The notes under the pieces are model-generated. The model did no database searches. It had not been told where the DNA came from and worked only from the letters and a program-made list of their open reading frames with translations. Shown in pieces: positions 41,344-51,700 of a stretch of DNA of 64,000 nt. Source of the DNA: an uncultured Verrucomicrobiae bacterium (GTDB lineage: Bacteria > Verrucomicrobiota > Verrucomicrobiia > Limisphaerales > Palsa-1400); NCBI GenBank assembly GCA_963764165.1, contig CAVXRD010000002.1:1952001-2016000 (forward strand). Reading direction: 5' to 3'. The position numbers were made by a program, and so were the translations under genes. Each line of letters opens with the position of its first letter. Within the stretch, counting starts at the first letter, position 1.

Positions 41344-42117
41344 CTAACTGCGAGTCTTGATCTCCAGGTTGGCGAAGGCGTTGTTGCCGAATTCCTGGCC
41401 GCCGCGCGCGCCGGCTTCGACCGGGCGGGCTTCCTTGCCATCCCGAATCGGAACCGCGTTGGGGGACGGCGTTCTCGCTGGCACAACCACGACCGGCGTG
41501 ACGGCTGCGGGGCCGGAACCGTTGCCTGCAACACTCTCAGGCGAGCCTTTGGGATTCTTGGCCCGTTTAGCTCGCGGCAGAGGGCTCAGCATGACGTTGA
41601 TGCCCTTGCCAATCAATTTCGCCGGGGCATCGGGATGCCCAAAGGGCATGAGGCTCTGCACCAATCGCTCCACCTGCTGAAAGCCGATTTCTTTGTGCGC
41701 CATCTCGCGGCCGCGAAAACGCAGGGTGACCTTCACCTTCATGTCTTCGCAAAGAAAATCGATGGCGTGCTGGAGCTTGGTCGAAAAATCGTGCGGATCA
41801 ATATTAGGGCTGAGTTGAATTTCCTTAACCTTGTTCGCGTGCTGGTGCTTGCGGGATTCCTTCTCGCGCTTGGCTTGTTCATAACGGTATTTTCCGAAAT
41901 CAACCAACCGGCATACGGGCGGCACGGCGGCCGGATTGACTTCAACCAGGTCGACACCTTGGGCGCGGGCCATATTGATCGCCTCGCCGAGAGGGATGAC
42001 ACCGATATTTTTCTGGTCTCCATCAATGACGCGGACTTCCCGGGCGCGAATTTTCCCATTAACGCGCGTGAAGGAAGCGGGTGGAGTAAACGGACGGGAA
42101 GGGAAAGGGCGACTCAA
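41344..42117 (-). CDS. infC: Translation initiation factor IF-3 with C-terminal extension
   Basis: RVNGKIRAREVRVI, DLVEV...PPVCR and KVKVTLRFRGRE; TTG start. Confidence 0.96.
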   Translation of the reverse strand: MSRPFPSRPFTPPASFTRVNGKIRAREVRVIDGDQKNIGVIPLGEAINMARAQGVDLVEVNPAAVPPVCRLVDFGKYRYEQAKREKESRKHQHANKVKEIQLSPNIDPHDFSTKLQHAIDFLCEDMKVKVTLRFRGREMAHKEIGFQQVERLVQSLMPFGHPDAPAKLIGKGINVMLSPLPRAKRAKNPKGSPESVAGNGSGPAAVTPVVVVPARTPSPNAVPIRDGKEARPVEAGARGGQEFGNNAFANLEIKTRS

Positions 42118-42373
42118 GAGGCCCTCACGGGTTCGAATTTGTTCATGTACGATTCAACAAGTGTTCAAACAACCGGGCAAGCCCGGCTACTTTCAATACT
42201 AAAGCTTCTTTTGAACATTTTGCAAGTTGAATTGTTAAGATCGAATCTTGCAAAGGAAACGCGAAATATTTTTCACTTTCAAGGAACCCGTGAAGATTCG
42301 TTAAGCATTTGAACCTCAATCATTTATAATTATAGCAAAGAAACCGGGGCGTATTAGCCCGAAATATTTGCGC

Positions 42374-42400
42374 TAAAGTCCGAACCACTTGACGCCGATA
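42374..42400 (+). promoter_or_regulatory. Possible sigma-28-type promoter
   Basis: TAAA-N16-GCCGATA about 90 bp upstream of the histidine kinase. Confidence 0.35.
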
Positions 42401-42488
42401 GGGGTTTTTACCGGGTTAACTCGATGAAATGGAATTATCCAGGAGTTGTCATGTCCCGCTTTTTTGGGCACCGGCGGGAATGTCATAA

Positions 42489-44759
42489 ATGAACGCGGCA
42501 AACAGCACCGCCGGAAGCATGGAATTAACAGGCGAGCATCTTAAGCCTGCGCTGCTGATTTCTTTGTTGAGCGTGTGGATGCTGGTGGGTGTTTTCTATT
42601 TCCTCAACACCTACACGCGCAAGCGCTACTTTACCATCTGGACGGCTGCGTGGCTTTTCTACGCGCTATGGTTGTCACTCATTTTCTGGGCGCAAATGAT
42701 GCTGGGCCGGTCAACCAGCGTGGTTTGGCTTCAGGAATGGTGCCTTTCGGTCTCGGCGCTGTTCCTGCTATGGGGAAGCTTTCGATTCCTCGGGCAGCGG
42801 GTGAAGCAGCGGCTCATCGGTTTGAGCATTATTTTTCTGCTGGGGTGGAGCTACGTGGATGCCTTTGGGCTGGATGGCAAGATGCATGCCCAGTTGCATG
42901 GCACGGTGTTCGCTTTCATCGGGCTGGCCAGTCTGATAACCGCGGGGGCGTTCTTCCAATATCGGCGCAGGCGGGCATTCTTGGGGGCGGCCTTGCTGGC
43001 CGTCGGATTTTTCTGCTGGGGCGGATATCTCGTTGCCTACCCGATGTTCGAAACACCCCTTCTTGAAGCGACCGGCTATCTCATTTCGGCGGTGCTGCAA
43101 TTGTTGATCGCCGTCAGCATGATTATCCTGGTGTTGGAACAGGTGCGATATAATCACCAGCGCCGGCACTTCTTTGAACGTGAGAAACTCCAAACCACTG
43201 TGTGGTTCAGCGAGGAACGTTACCAGCGCCTCTTCCAGCAGGCGCAGGAGCCGATTGTCATCGCGGCGCGTTCGGATCTTCGCCTTATGGAGCTGAATAA
43301 GGCGGCTGAAAATCTGCTTGGCATTGACCTCTCGCAAGCCACGGCGCAATCGCTGGTTTCCGTTTGCCAGATCAAGACGGAGCGAGAGACTGCGCCGACC
43401 TCGGGTCCGCAATGGTTCGACCTGATTTGCTCCCAGCGCCCGCTGCGGCTCATGCATAAAAGCGGGAAGAGCATCCCGGTGGATCTCGTGGGCGCGCCGG
43501 TGGATTTCGGCGGGCAGAGAGCCTACCAATTTTTCTTCCGGGAAATCACCGACCGCTCCCGGATGGAACAGCAATTGCGCCAGGCTGAAAAATTGTCGTC
43601 CCTGGGGCAAATGATTTCGGGAGTGGCCCATGAATTGAATAATCCGCTCGCGGTCATTGGCGGGTATTTGGAACTCATTCTCGCCAGTCATCCTTTGCCG
43701 GAAAAAACAAGGCAGGACCTGGAAAAAGTCGCGCATGAAAGCAGCCGGGCCGCCCGCCTGGTCCGAAACTTTCTGGCTTTCTCCCGTTCGCGGCCTGCGC
43801 AGCGGCAGATGTCCAGCATCAACGACCTCATCAACGGCGTCGTTGAACTCCGGAAATTCGATTTGTCGCTGGCGCGCATTGAACTCGGCACCGTGCTGGA
43901 TCCGTTTTTGCCGACGACCAGTGTCGAGCCGGATCAAATCCAGCAGATTCTCATAATATTGATCAACAACGCGATGCAGGCCATGGACGGAACCCCGGAT
44001 CCTCGGCGCATTCGGTTGAGCACAGCGGTGCGGGATGGGCGGATCAGAATTCTAGTCGAGGACAACGGCCCGGGAGTGCCCTCGGATATCGAGATGCGAA
44101 TCTTCGAGCCATTTTTCACTACGAAGGACGTGGGCGTCGGGACCGGGTTGGGCCTGTCCATCGCGCACAGCATCATGACCGAGCATGGCGGAAGCATCCA
44201 TTACGAGAAGGCCGCCCTTGGCGGGGCCGGGTTCGTGCTGGATCTGCCGGTTGTCACCGCCGAAGCGCCCCAAGCTTCCACCACGCAAATTATTTCGCTC
44301 CCGAACTTGCCGGAATTGACCCCGACGTCCGTGTCCGCGAAAATCCTCATTGTGGACGACGAAAAAGCGATTGTCGAAATGCTGGGGGAAATGCTGGATT
44401 TGCTGGGCCATCAGCCGACACTCTGCAATTCCGCCGCGGAAGGGCTCAAGAAAATCCGCGCCATTAAATTTGACTTGGTTCTTTCCGATCTGCGCATGCC
44501 GGAAATTGACGGCCCTCAATTTTACCGCAGCGCCGTGGAAATTGAGGAGCGGCTGCAACGGCGATTCATTTTTTTGACAGGCGACACCGTAAATGAGGAG
44601 ACAAAGGCGTTTCTCAAATCCGCCGGCCAGCCCTACCTCGCCAAACCCTTCCGCCTGGCCAGCATCGAGGAAGTTACCCGGCGAACGCTCGTGGCCGCGC
44701 AGGAAGATGTCTCGGAACCGCAAGAACTGGTGGGCCGGTCGGCGTCGGGTTCCTCATAA
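42489..44759 (+). CDS. Hybrid sensor histidine kinase (multi-TM, PAS, HisKA, HATPase, receiver)
   Basis: GVAHELNNPL, DNGPG, FEPFFTTK, GTGLGL and ILIVDDE...DLRMP. Confidence 0.95.
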   Translation: MNAANSTAGSMELTGEHLKPALLISLLSVWMLVGVFYFLNTYTRKRYFTIWTAAWLFYALWLSLIFWAQMMLGRSTSVVWLQEWCLSVSALFLLWGSFRFLGQRVKQRLIGLSIIFLLGWSYVDAFGLDGKMHAQLHGTVFAFIGLASLITAGAFFQYRRRRAFLGAALLAVGFFCWGGYLVAYPMFETPLLEATGYLISAVLQLLIAVSMIILVLEQVRYNHQRRHFFEREKLQTTVWFSEERYQRLFQQAQEPIVIAARSDLRLMELNKAAENLLGIDLSQATAQSLVSVCQIKTERETAPTSGPQWFDLICSQRPLRLMHKSGKSIPVDLVGAPVDFGGQRAYQFFFREITDRSRMEQQLRQAEKLSSLGQMISGVAHELNNPLAVIGGYLELILASHPLPEKTRQDLEKVAHESSRAARLVRNFLAFSRSRPAQRQMSSINDLINGVVELRKFDLSLARIELGTVLDPFLPTTSVEPDQIQQILIILINNAMQAMDGTPDPRRIRLSTAVRDGRIRILVEDNGPGVPSDIEMRIFEPFFTTKDVGVGTGLGLSIAHSIMTEHGGSIHYEKAALGGAGFVLDLPVVTAEAPQASTTQIISLPNLPELTPTSVSAKILIVDDEKAIVEMLGEMLDLLGHQPTLCNSAAEGLKKIRAIKFDLVLSDLRMPEIDGPQFYRSAVEIEERLQRRFIFLTGDTVNEETKAFLKSAGQPYLAKPFRLASIEEVTRRTLVAAQEDVSEPQELVGRSASGSS

Positions 44760-45024
44760 TTCTCATTCCGTCCTCTTCATAATCTTTGAAAGAGTTCAAC
44801 AACCGCATCGTTAGTATCCGCTTCCAATAAGAACGAAGCAGTGAAGACAGTTGTCTCACGCCCGTTTTAGGGAGTTTTTTCAACTTTTGCCGTGACAGAA
44901 CGGGCGGGGTCGACTACTGTTTGCCCGTTACCAAAAAGCAACTCGGCGGCATAACCGTCTCTATGAAAGAAAAGTCGACCCATTCCGTCGGCAGCTCTCG
45001 CCGAGCTGGCGCTTCTGCTATTTT

Positions 45025-47805
45025 ATGAAAACACCATTCCGCAACTCGAAACGTCTTTTCGTTCTTCTATCCATCGCCTCGGTTTCCTTCGGGCCATCCG
45101 CGGCGCTCCATGCCCAAACGCTCACTCATCGTTACAGCTTCCAGGATCCGGCCGGCAGCCAGACGTTCGCTGACTCGGTGGGCGGAACGAACTGGGACGG
45201 AGTCCTGGTTAATGAATTTTCCGACGCCTATTTGACCGGATCAAGCTTGGTGCTGGATGGCAGCGGAGATTACGCTGAATTGCCCGCCGGGCTGATGACC
45301 AATTACACACAGATCACGGTGGAATTTTGGGCGGATTTAAGTTCCGGCAATCCCACCTGGACGCGTGTTTTCTCGTTCGGCGACCAAAATTCGAGCGGCG
45401 GAAAGAATTCGGGTGTCGATTACTGCCACTACGCAGGCGGCAATTACCAAAACCTCGACGTATTGAGCACAAACGGGGCGGACGCTTACGCTAATAATAA
45501 TTCCGGCCTCAACGGCGCGACCGGCGTTCACGTCACCGTTGTAGTCGATCCAGTCCACAGCAACATGCTCTACTACAACGGCATCTCCGTTGTATCCACG
45601 CAGCACGGCAATCCGGCTCCGCTGTCCCAGATGAACGACACATACAATTTGATCGGCAAATCTCTCTACAACGCCGATCCGACCCTCGCCGCGACGCTTT
45701 ACGAATTCCGCGTTTACAGCGGAGCGCTTTCGGAATCGGCGGTGGTTTTGAACGATGCGGCCGGTCCTGGCGTTTATTTGACGAGCCCTGGCGCCATTCA
45801 ATCGTTGATTTTCAGCAACAACGTTAATCCGCTGATTGTCCACCAAAGCTCGCAGGAAACTGTCATCGGCAATTTTCCCAGCGTTACCAATCTTAACCTT
45901 GCGCTCTATGGCGGCGTCACCTATAGCTCCGCGAATACGAATATCGTGACGATCAGCACGAATGGCGTCGTCAAGGGCATCGGTCAGGGCACCACGAGCA
46001 TTATTGCGACTTACGGAAGCCTCTCCGTCACCAACAGCATTACGGTCGTGTCCGTTCCGACGGCGCTGGTGCATCGCTATAGCTTTGCGAGTGACGCGAG
46101 CGACTCCGTCGGCGGCGCCAACGGCACGCTGATGGGCGATGCTTCAGTCTCGGGCCAGCTCGTCCTGGACGGCGGCGGGTATGTGAGCCTGCCGGGAAAC
46201 ATCATCAACATCCCAACCAACGCGGCCGTGACATTCGAAGCATGGGTTTCAATTGGGCAAACGGCGGAATGGTCGCACATGTTTGAGTTCGGCGCGACGG
46301 CGGCCAACAACGTTTACTGCGCGCCAGCGGCCGACGCGGGCGGCTTCCACGAATTTGGATTGAGCGAAGGTTTCTCCGGCGGCAACACGCTGAGCTGGGC
46401 GCACGGCTGGGCGAACACCACCTTTCATTACACCGGCATTATCGATCCAACCACCTCGACGCTGGCCGTTTATTCCAACGGCGTCATAATGCAGGCCATC
46501 TACAATGCTTCAGCGCCTCTCACGGATATTTCCACCAACAACGCCACCATCGGCATGTCCAGCTACGGGGATCCCGATGCGACGTTCACGATGAAGGAAT
46601 TCCGCATTTACAACGGCGCGCTGACGCCGGCGCAAATCGCGATGAGCGATGTGAACGGGCCGGCCGCAACGAACTTCAACCCGGGCACGCTGAATTCCAT
46701 CACCGTGATTCCGACCAACTACCCCGCGTTCACTCCGCTGGTGGCGCCGGTGGTCAAGGCTAATTATTCAATCCTTGGGAACTTCAACCTGCTGCCGAAC
46801 ACGTTCGCCGCGGAAGAAGGGCTGGTGGTGACTTCGAGCGATCCAACCATCGTGAGCGTCAATTCGCAGAACATGCTGACGACGCTCCGGCCCGGCACGG
46901 TTACCTTGACCGCTACGTATCTTGGCAAGAGCAGCAGCGCGACGGTGAGCGTGGCGAATCAAGCCGTGCTGGCGCATCGCTACAGCTTCACGAATGATGC
47001 CAGCGATTCTGTCGGCGGCGCCGATGGCACGCTGGTCGGCACGGCGAGTGTCTCCGGCGGCCAGGTGCAATTGGACGGCGGCAGCGGGGATTACGTGAAT
47101 CTGCCCGGCGGTTTGCTGAGTTCTTACGACTCCGCCACGATGGATATCTGGGCCACCATCAGCAGCAGCCAGCAGCATTGGTCGCGCCTGTGGGAATTTG
47201 CCGACATCGGCCCGGCCACGGCGAACGAACTGTATTTCGCCCCCGCCTGGAACGGCGGCGCCAACGCGGCCTTCTTTAGCTACGGAGTGCCGTTCGGCGG
47301 CGCAAATCTCGGGCCGCAGAGTCCGGCGCTGGTCAATCAAACTGTGCATTTGACATGCGTGCTGGGCGACGGCGCGATTGATCTCTACACAAATGGATCG
47401 CTGTATATGTCCACCACCAATTACATCGCCCCAGCCAGCCAGGCGGGCATTGTGGGAAGCTGGATCGGCTTTTCGCCCTACGGCGATCCTGGAATCACCG
47501 GCTCTGTCGATGAATACCGCATTTACCAAGGCCGCCTTTCACCGGAAGAAATTGCAGCCTCCGATGTGCTGGGGCCGAATGCGACGCTCTCCACCACGCC
47601 GGGCGCACTGACGGTTTCGGCGGCTTCTGGAAGCATCACGCTGTCCTGGCCGGTCGCCAGCGCTGGCTTCGCGGTGCAATCCACCACGGATTTGAGCACG
47701 CATAAATGGACCACTTTGACCAACGCGCCAACATTGTCCGGCTCGCAGTGGCAGGTGACATTGCCGAAATCCGGCGCGGATCAATTTTTCCGGCTGATCC
47801 GGTAG
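45025..47805 (+). CDS. Secreted LamG-like jellyroll repeat plus Ig-like protein
   Basis: Signal peptide; three HRYSF...EFRVY/EYRIY LamG-like modules; Ig-like spacers; ends ...DQFFRLIR. Confidence 0.85.
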   Translation: MKTPFRNSKRLFVLLSIASVSFGPSAALHAQTLTHRYSFQDPAGSQTFADSVGGTNWDGVLVNEFSDAYLTGSSLVLDGSGDYAELPAGLMTNYTQITVEFWADLSSGNPTWTRVFSFGDQNSSGGKNSGVDYCHYAGGNYQNLDVLSTNGADAYANNNSGLNGATGVHVTVVVDPVHSNMLYYNGISVVSTQHGNPAPLSQMNDTYNLIGKSLYNADPTLAATLYEFRVYSGALSESAVVLNDAAGPGVYLTSPGAIQSLIFSNNVNPLIVHQSSQETVIGNFPSVTNLNLALYGGVTYSSANTNIVTISTNGVVKGIGQGTTSIIATYGSLSVTNSITVVSVPTALVHRYSFASDASDSVGGANGTLMGDASVSGQLVLDGGGYVSLPGNIINIPTNAAVTFEAWVSIGQTAEWSHMFEFGATAANNVYCAPAADAGGFHEFGLSEGFSGGNTLSWAHGWANTTFHYTGIIDPTTSTLAVYSNGVIMQAIYNASAPLTDISTNNATIGMSSYGDPDATFTMKEFRIYNGALTPAQIAMSDVNGPAATNFNPGTLNSITVIPTNYPAFTPLVAPVVKANYSILGNFNLLPNTFAAEEGLVVTSSDPTIVSVNSQNMLTTLRPGTVTLTATYLGKSSSATVSVANQAVLAHRYSFTNDASDSVGGADGTLVGTASVSGGQVQLDGGSGDYVNLPGGLLSSYDSATMDIWATISSSQQHWSRLWEFADIGPATANELYFAPAWNGGANAAFFSYGVPFGGANLGPQSPALVNQTVHLTCVLGDGAIDLYTNGSLYMSTTNYIAPASQAGIVGSWIGFSPYGDPGITGSVDEYRIYQGRLSPEEIAASDVLGPNATLSTTPGALTVSAASGSITLSWPVASAGFAVQSTTDLSTHKWTTLTNAPTLSGSQWQVTLPKSGADQFFRLIR

Positions 47806-47814
47806 TGATTCACA

Positions 47815-47858
47815 CGCCGCCACCGCCAATTTCCGCTGGCGGTGGCGGCGGCGTTTTT
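47815..47858 (+). terminator. Rho-independent terminator
   Basis: 14-bp stem CGCCGCCACCGCCA/TGGCGGTGGCGGCG followed shortly by a T-run. Confidence 0.7.
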
Positions 47859-47892
47859 GATAGGCAGCGGGAGACAAAGCAGAATTGTATTT

Positions 47893-48792
47893 GTGATCGT
47901 ATTAGGAGGAATTGGAGGCAGGGACGCCTCGCCGAGGCGTCCGGTTGCGCGGGAAAGTTTTTGTGGGCCGCACCGTTCAAGGACACCTCACCCCGGACGC
48001 CTCGGCGAGGCGTCCCTGCCTTCACGAGGCAGTTCGTTGGCAGCCTCGCCCCACCGCGATTTCGTTAAAAATTCGCGAAGTGTCCAATCCGCCTTCACCC
48101 TGATTGAATTGCTGGTGGTCATTGCCATTATAGCCATATTGGCGGCGATGCTGCTGCCAGTTCTGGCCAAGGCGAAGGAGGATGGCAAACGCACCCAATG
48201 CAAAAACAACATGCATCAGTTGGGCATCGCGACGCTTATGTACGCGCAGGACAATCGCGATATGCTGCCGGATTTGCAGTACGAAGGCGCGTGGTTTTGG
48301 GATATGAATCGAACCGCCGCCTCAAACCTGCTGGTGAACATTAGCAAGAGCACGACGGTGTTCTACTGTCCGAATGAGTATTATTTGTATAACAACGGTT
48401 CGCCGGATGCGTGGGACGCCTTTCCCGAATATGTTGTGACCGGCTATGGCTGGTTGTTTCCGCATAGCCCAATCATGACGAACAACGAGAATCCGCAAAT
48501 CAGTGGCACAAACATGGTGACCAAAATCACCGAGGGCCGCCCCGGCCGCGGCGTCTCGGCCACGGAAATGATCATCGACGCCACCATATTCGAGGCGAGC
48601 CTTTCTGGGGGATTGATTTATTACGATATCGGCGCGGCGGGCAGCACAAAGGTGCGGTCGGCCCATCTGAATGTGAACAACAGCCCGGCGGGTGGAAATA
48701 TCTGTTTTCTCGACAACCACGTGGAGTGGCGCCCCTTCAAGGCGATGACAAATAACCTGACGACAGATTCGGGAATATATTTTAAGTTCTGA
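47893..48792 (+). CDS. Prepilin-type N-terminal cleavage/methylation protein with H-X9-DG-like C-terminus
   Basis: [33 protein letters not shown] and [10 protein letters not shown]; start is GTG 47893 or TTG 48037. Confidence 0.88.
   Translation: MIVLGGIGGRDASPRRPVARESFCGPHRSRTPHPGRLGEASLPSRGSSLAASPHRDFVKNSRSVQSAFTLIELLVVIAIIAILAAMLLPVLAKAKEDGKRTQCKNNMHQLGIATLMYAQDNRDMLPDLQYEGAWFWDMNRTAASNLLVNISKSTTVFYCPNEYYLYNNGSPDAWDAFPEYVVTGYGWLFPHSPIMTNNENPQISGTNMVTKITEGRPGRGVSATEMIIDATIFEASLSGGLIYYDIGAAGSTKVRSAHLNVNNSPAGGNICFLDNHVEWRPFKAMTNNLTTDSGIYFKF
47917..48020. repeat. Family-A REPIN-like doublet (104 bp)
   Basis: GGCAGGGACGCCTCGCCGAGGCGTCCGG ... CCGGACGCCTCGGCGAGGCGTCCCTGCC. Confidence 0.85.
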
Positions 48793-48793
48793 G

Positions 48794-51700
48794 ATGCGTT
48801 CTGAATGTCTGCTGAGAGGTGGGGATGTCTCACCGAGGCGTCCGGGCCGACGTGCAAAAAGGATTGATGTGCCGGAATTGAGAGAACCTCACTCCGGACG
48901 CCTCGGCGAGGCGTCCCTGCCTCGCCTCGCGACCACGAGAGGAAAATTTTCGGTAATTTGGGCCCTGCTGTTGGTGTCGGTGATTTTCGCCGAGCTTCCT
49001 GTCCGCGCGCAATCCTCCGGCCCTCCGCTTCGCGGTTATCTCACGGCGCACGATCCATCCACAGTCATTCAATGCAAGAATCGCTACTATATGTTTTACA
49101 CGGGCCAGGGGATTCTCTCCAAGTCCTCGAGCGACCGTGTGTTCTGGGCGCCTGGGCCGGCTGTTTTTTCCAATCCCCCGGCGTGGACGTCGAACGCGGT
49201 GCCGGGATTCACGGGTTTGTTCTGGGCGCCGGACGTTTTGTATTTCAATAATCTGTATCACCTCTGGTACGCGGTTTCGACCTTTGGCAGTCAGGTTTCC
49301 GCAATTGGCCTTGTGACCAGTCCGACGCTTGACCCAACAGATCCCACTTGCAAATGGACCGATCAAGGGCCGGTGATCACTTCGACGAACGGCTCGCCTT
49401 ACAACACCATCGACCCGAGCTTCACTTGGGATGGCGCGGGGAATTTGTGGATGGCGTTTGGCTCGTATTGGAACGGCATTTACATGGTGCAATTGAATGC
49501 CACCAACGGGCTGCGCATTTCGGCCAATTCTCCAACTTACCACCTGGCCTACAACAGTTCGATTGAAGCTTCCTATGTTTACAAACGCGGCGGCTATTAT
49601 TATCTCTTTGCCGATTGGGGTTCGTGCTGTTCGGGGGTGAACAGCACTTACAATATTCGCATGGGCCGCAGCACGAGCGTGACCGGCCCTTACCTCGATC
49701 AAAATGGGGTCGATATGGTGAACAACGGCGGGACGCTTTTTCAGGGGCCGACCGGCAAATTCGTTGGCCCCGGCCATGTCGGCATCTTGAATCTGAACGG
49801 CACCCAATGGTGGAGCTACCATTATTACGACGCCAACGCGTGGGCTCCGCAATACGGCGCCTACGGCGCTCCGGACTTGGCCTTGGTGCCGTTGTCGTGG
49901 ACGACCGACAACTGGCCCACCTTCACCAACACTTGGTCGGCCCTTTACCGATTCCAAGCTGACGCGCGCGATGACAACGGCCAGTTTTACGGCTTGCTGG
50001 AAAACGGGGCGGAGGTCCTGACAAATTCCATTTATGGCCACGTGCTCAATCTTAACGGAAATGACCAATTCGCGTGGCTTCCGCCCGGCGCGGGTTATGG
50101 GCAGACATTTGCCGCAGTCGTCAATTGGCGCGGCGGGGCGGATTGGCAGAGAATTTTCGACTTCGGCGTCAACACTGCGGCCACAGTTATGTTGACAGCA
50201 GCGTCGAGCGACAACGCGCTTCGCTGCGACATCAATCCCGGCGGCAATCTGCAAACCGTGCAATGGACCAAGCCGCTGCCGACCAATGCGTGGACGCATG
50301 TCGCGGTGACGTTCAATGGTTCGCAGGGCGTTCTTTACGTCAACGGCCTGCCTGTGGCGACCAACACCTCCATGACGCTTGAGCCGTTCAATGTCGCCCC
50401 GCAAACCAACGCGCTCGGCCAGAGCAAATTCTCCGCCGACCCGTATTTCAACGGGCAGTACGCCGCGTTCCGCGCTTATTCGCACGCTCTGAGCCCGCAG
50501 GAAATCGTCGCGCCCGTCCCCGAGATTTCTCAGCCGGCCGACGGATCCGCGTATACGCCCGGGGCCACGATTTCATTCGCCGGAACTGCCACCGATTTTG
50601 CCGCCGTGCCGCTCGCCGCCGCGAATTTGACGTGGCAAATCAATTATATTCAGGATCACGTTACAAATGCGGTCTATGGGCCCGTTTCAGGAATTTCAAA
50701 CGGCGCGTATATAATCCCGACGAATTCCACAGGCGGCGGAAATTACGTCGTCGTTCTCACCGCGGCGGATAAGTCGAATCGCGTGGCCACCGCGACCGCG
50801 ACGCTGTCACCCGCCAATCCGCCCGCAGGCTGGTCATCTTATTTTCCGCTGCAAAGCGACGCGAACGACGCCAATGGCCATTACAACGGAACTCTGCACG
50901 GCGGCGCCTCGTTCGTGAACGACGCGGTGCGCGGAAATGTATTGAGCCTCAACGGCAACAGCCAGTACGTCAGCTTTCCTCCCGGCCTCGGCGGGATGCT
51001 GACGTTCATGGCGTGGGTGAAATGGAACGGCGGCGCGGAATGGCAGCGCATTTATGACTTCGGCAACGACACGAATTTTTACAGCGTGCTGACGCCGGCG
51101 GCCTCGAGCGGCGATCTCCGTTTCAACATCAGCGTGGACAGCACTGGCGGCGAACAAATCATTGACGCGCCGGGGCCGTTGCCTATTGGAGTATGGACGC
51201 ATGTGGCGGTGGTGATGGATGGGGATTCGGTCACGCTTTATACGAACGGAATCCCGGTTGGGACGAATCTCCACGCGAATCTTTCCCCCGTCAGCCTCAA
51301 TGCGACCAACATTTATTTTGGAAAAAGCCAGTGGCCGGCTGATCCCTATTTCAATGGCGAATTGAGCGACGTGCGCATTTTCTCGTATCCACTCGCCTCG
51401 AACCAAATCGCCGCTCCACAAATTACGATTCAGCAGCCCGCCCAAGGCTCCATGTGCAGCCCGGGCAACACCATTGCCTTCAGCGCCAGCGCGAATGATT
51501 TTTCCAACACGCCTATCGCCGCCGCGAATTTCATTTGGACTGTAAACTATATTAACGGGAGCACGACGAACGTTGTGGGCGGCCCGTGGAGTGGCGTCGC
51601 CAGCGGAACGTTCCTTGTCCCGGCCACGGGGCCGGCGGCTCGCGGGCATTATCAATTTTCGGTGGCGGTCACGGATTCAGCAGGACGGAGCGGGACGAAT

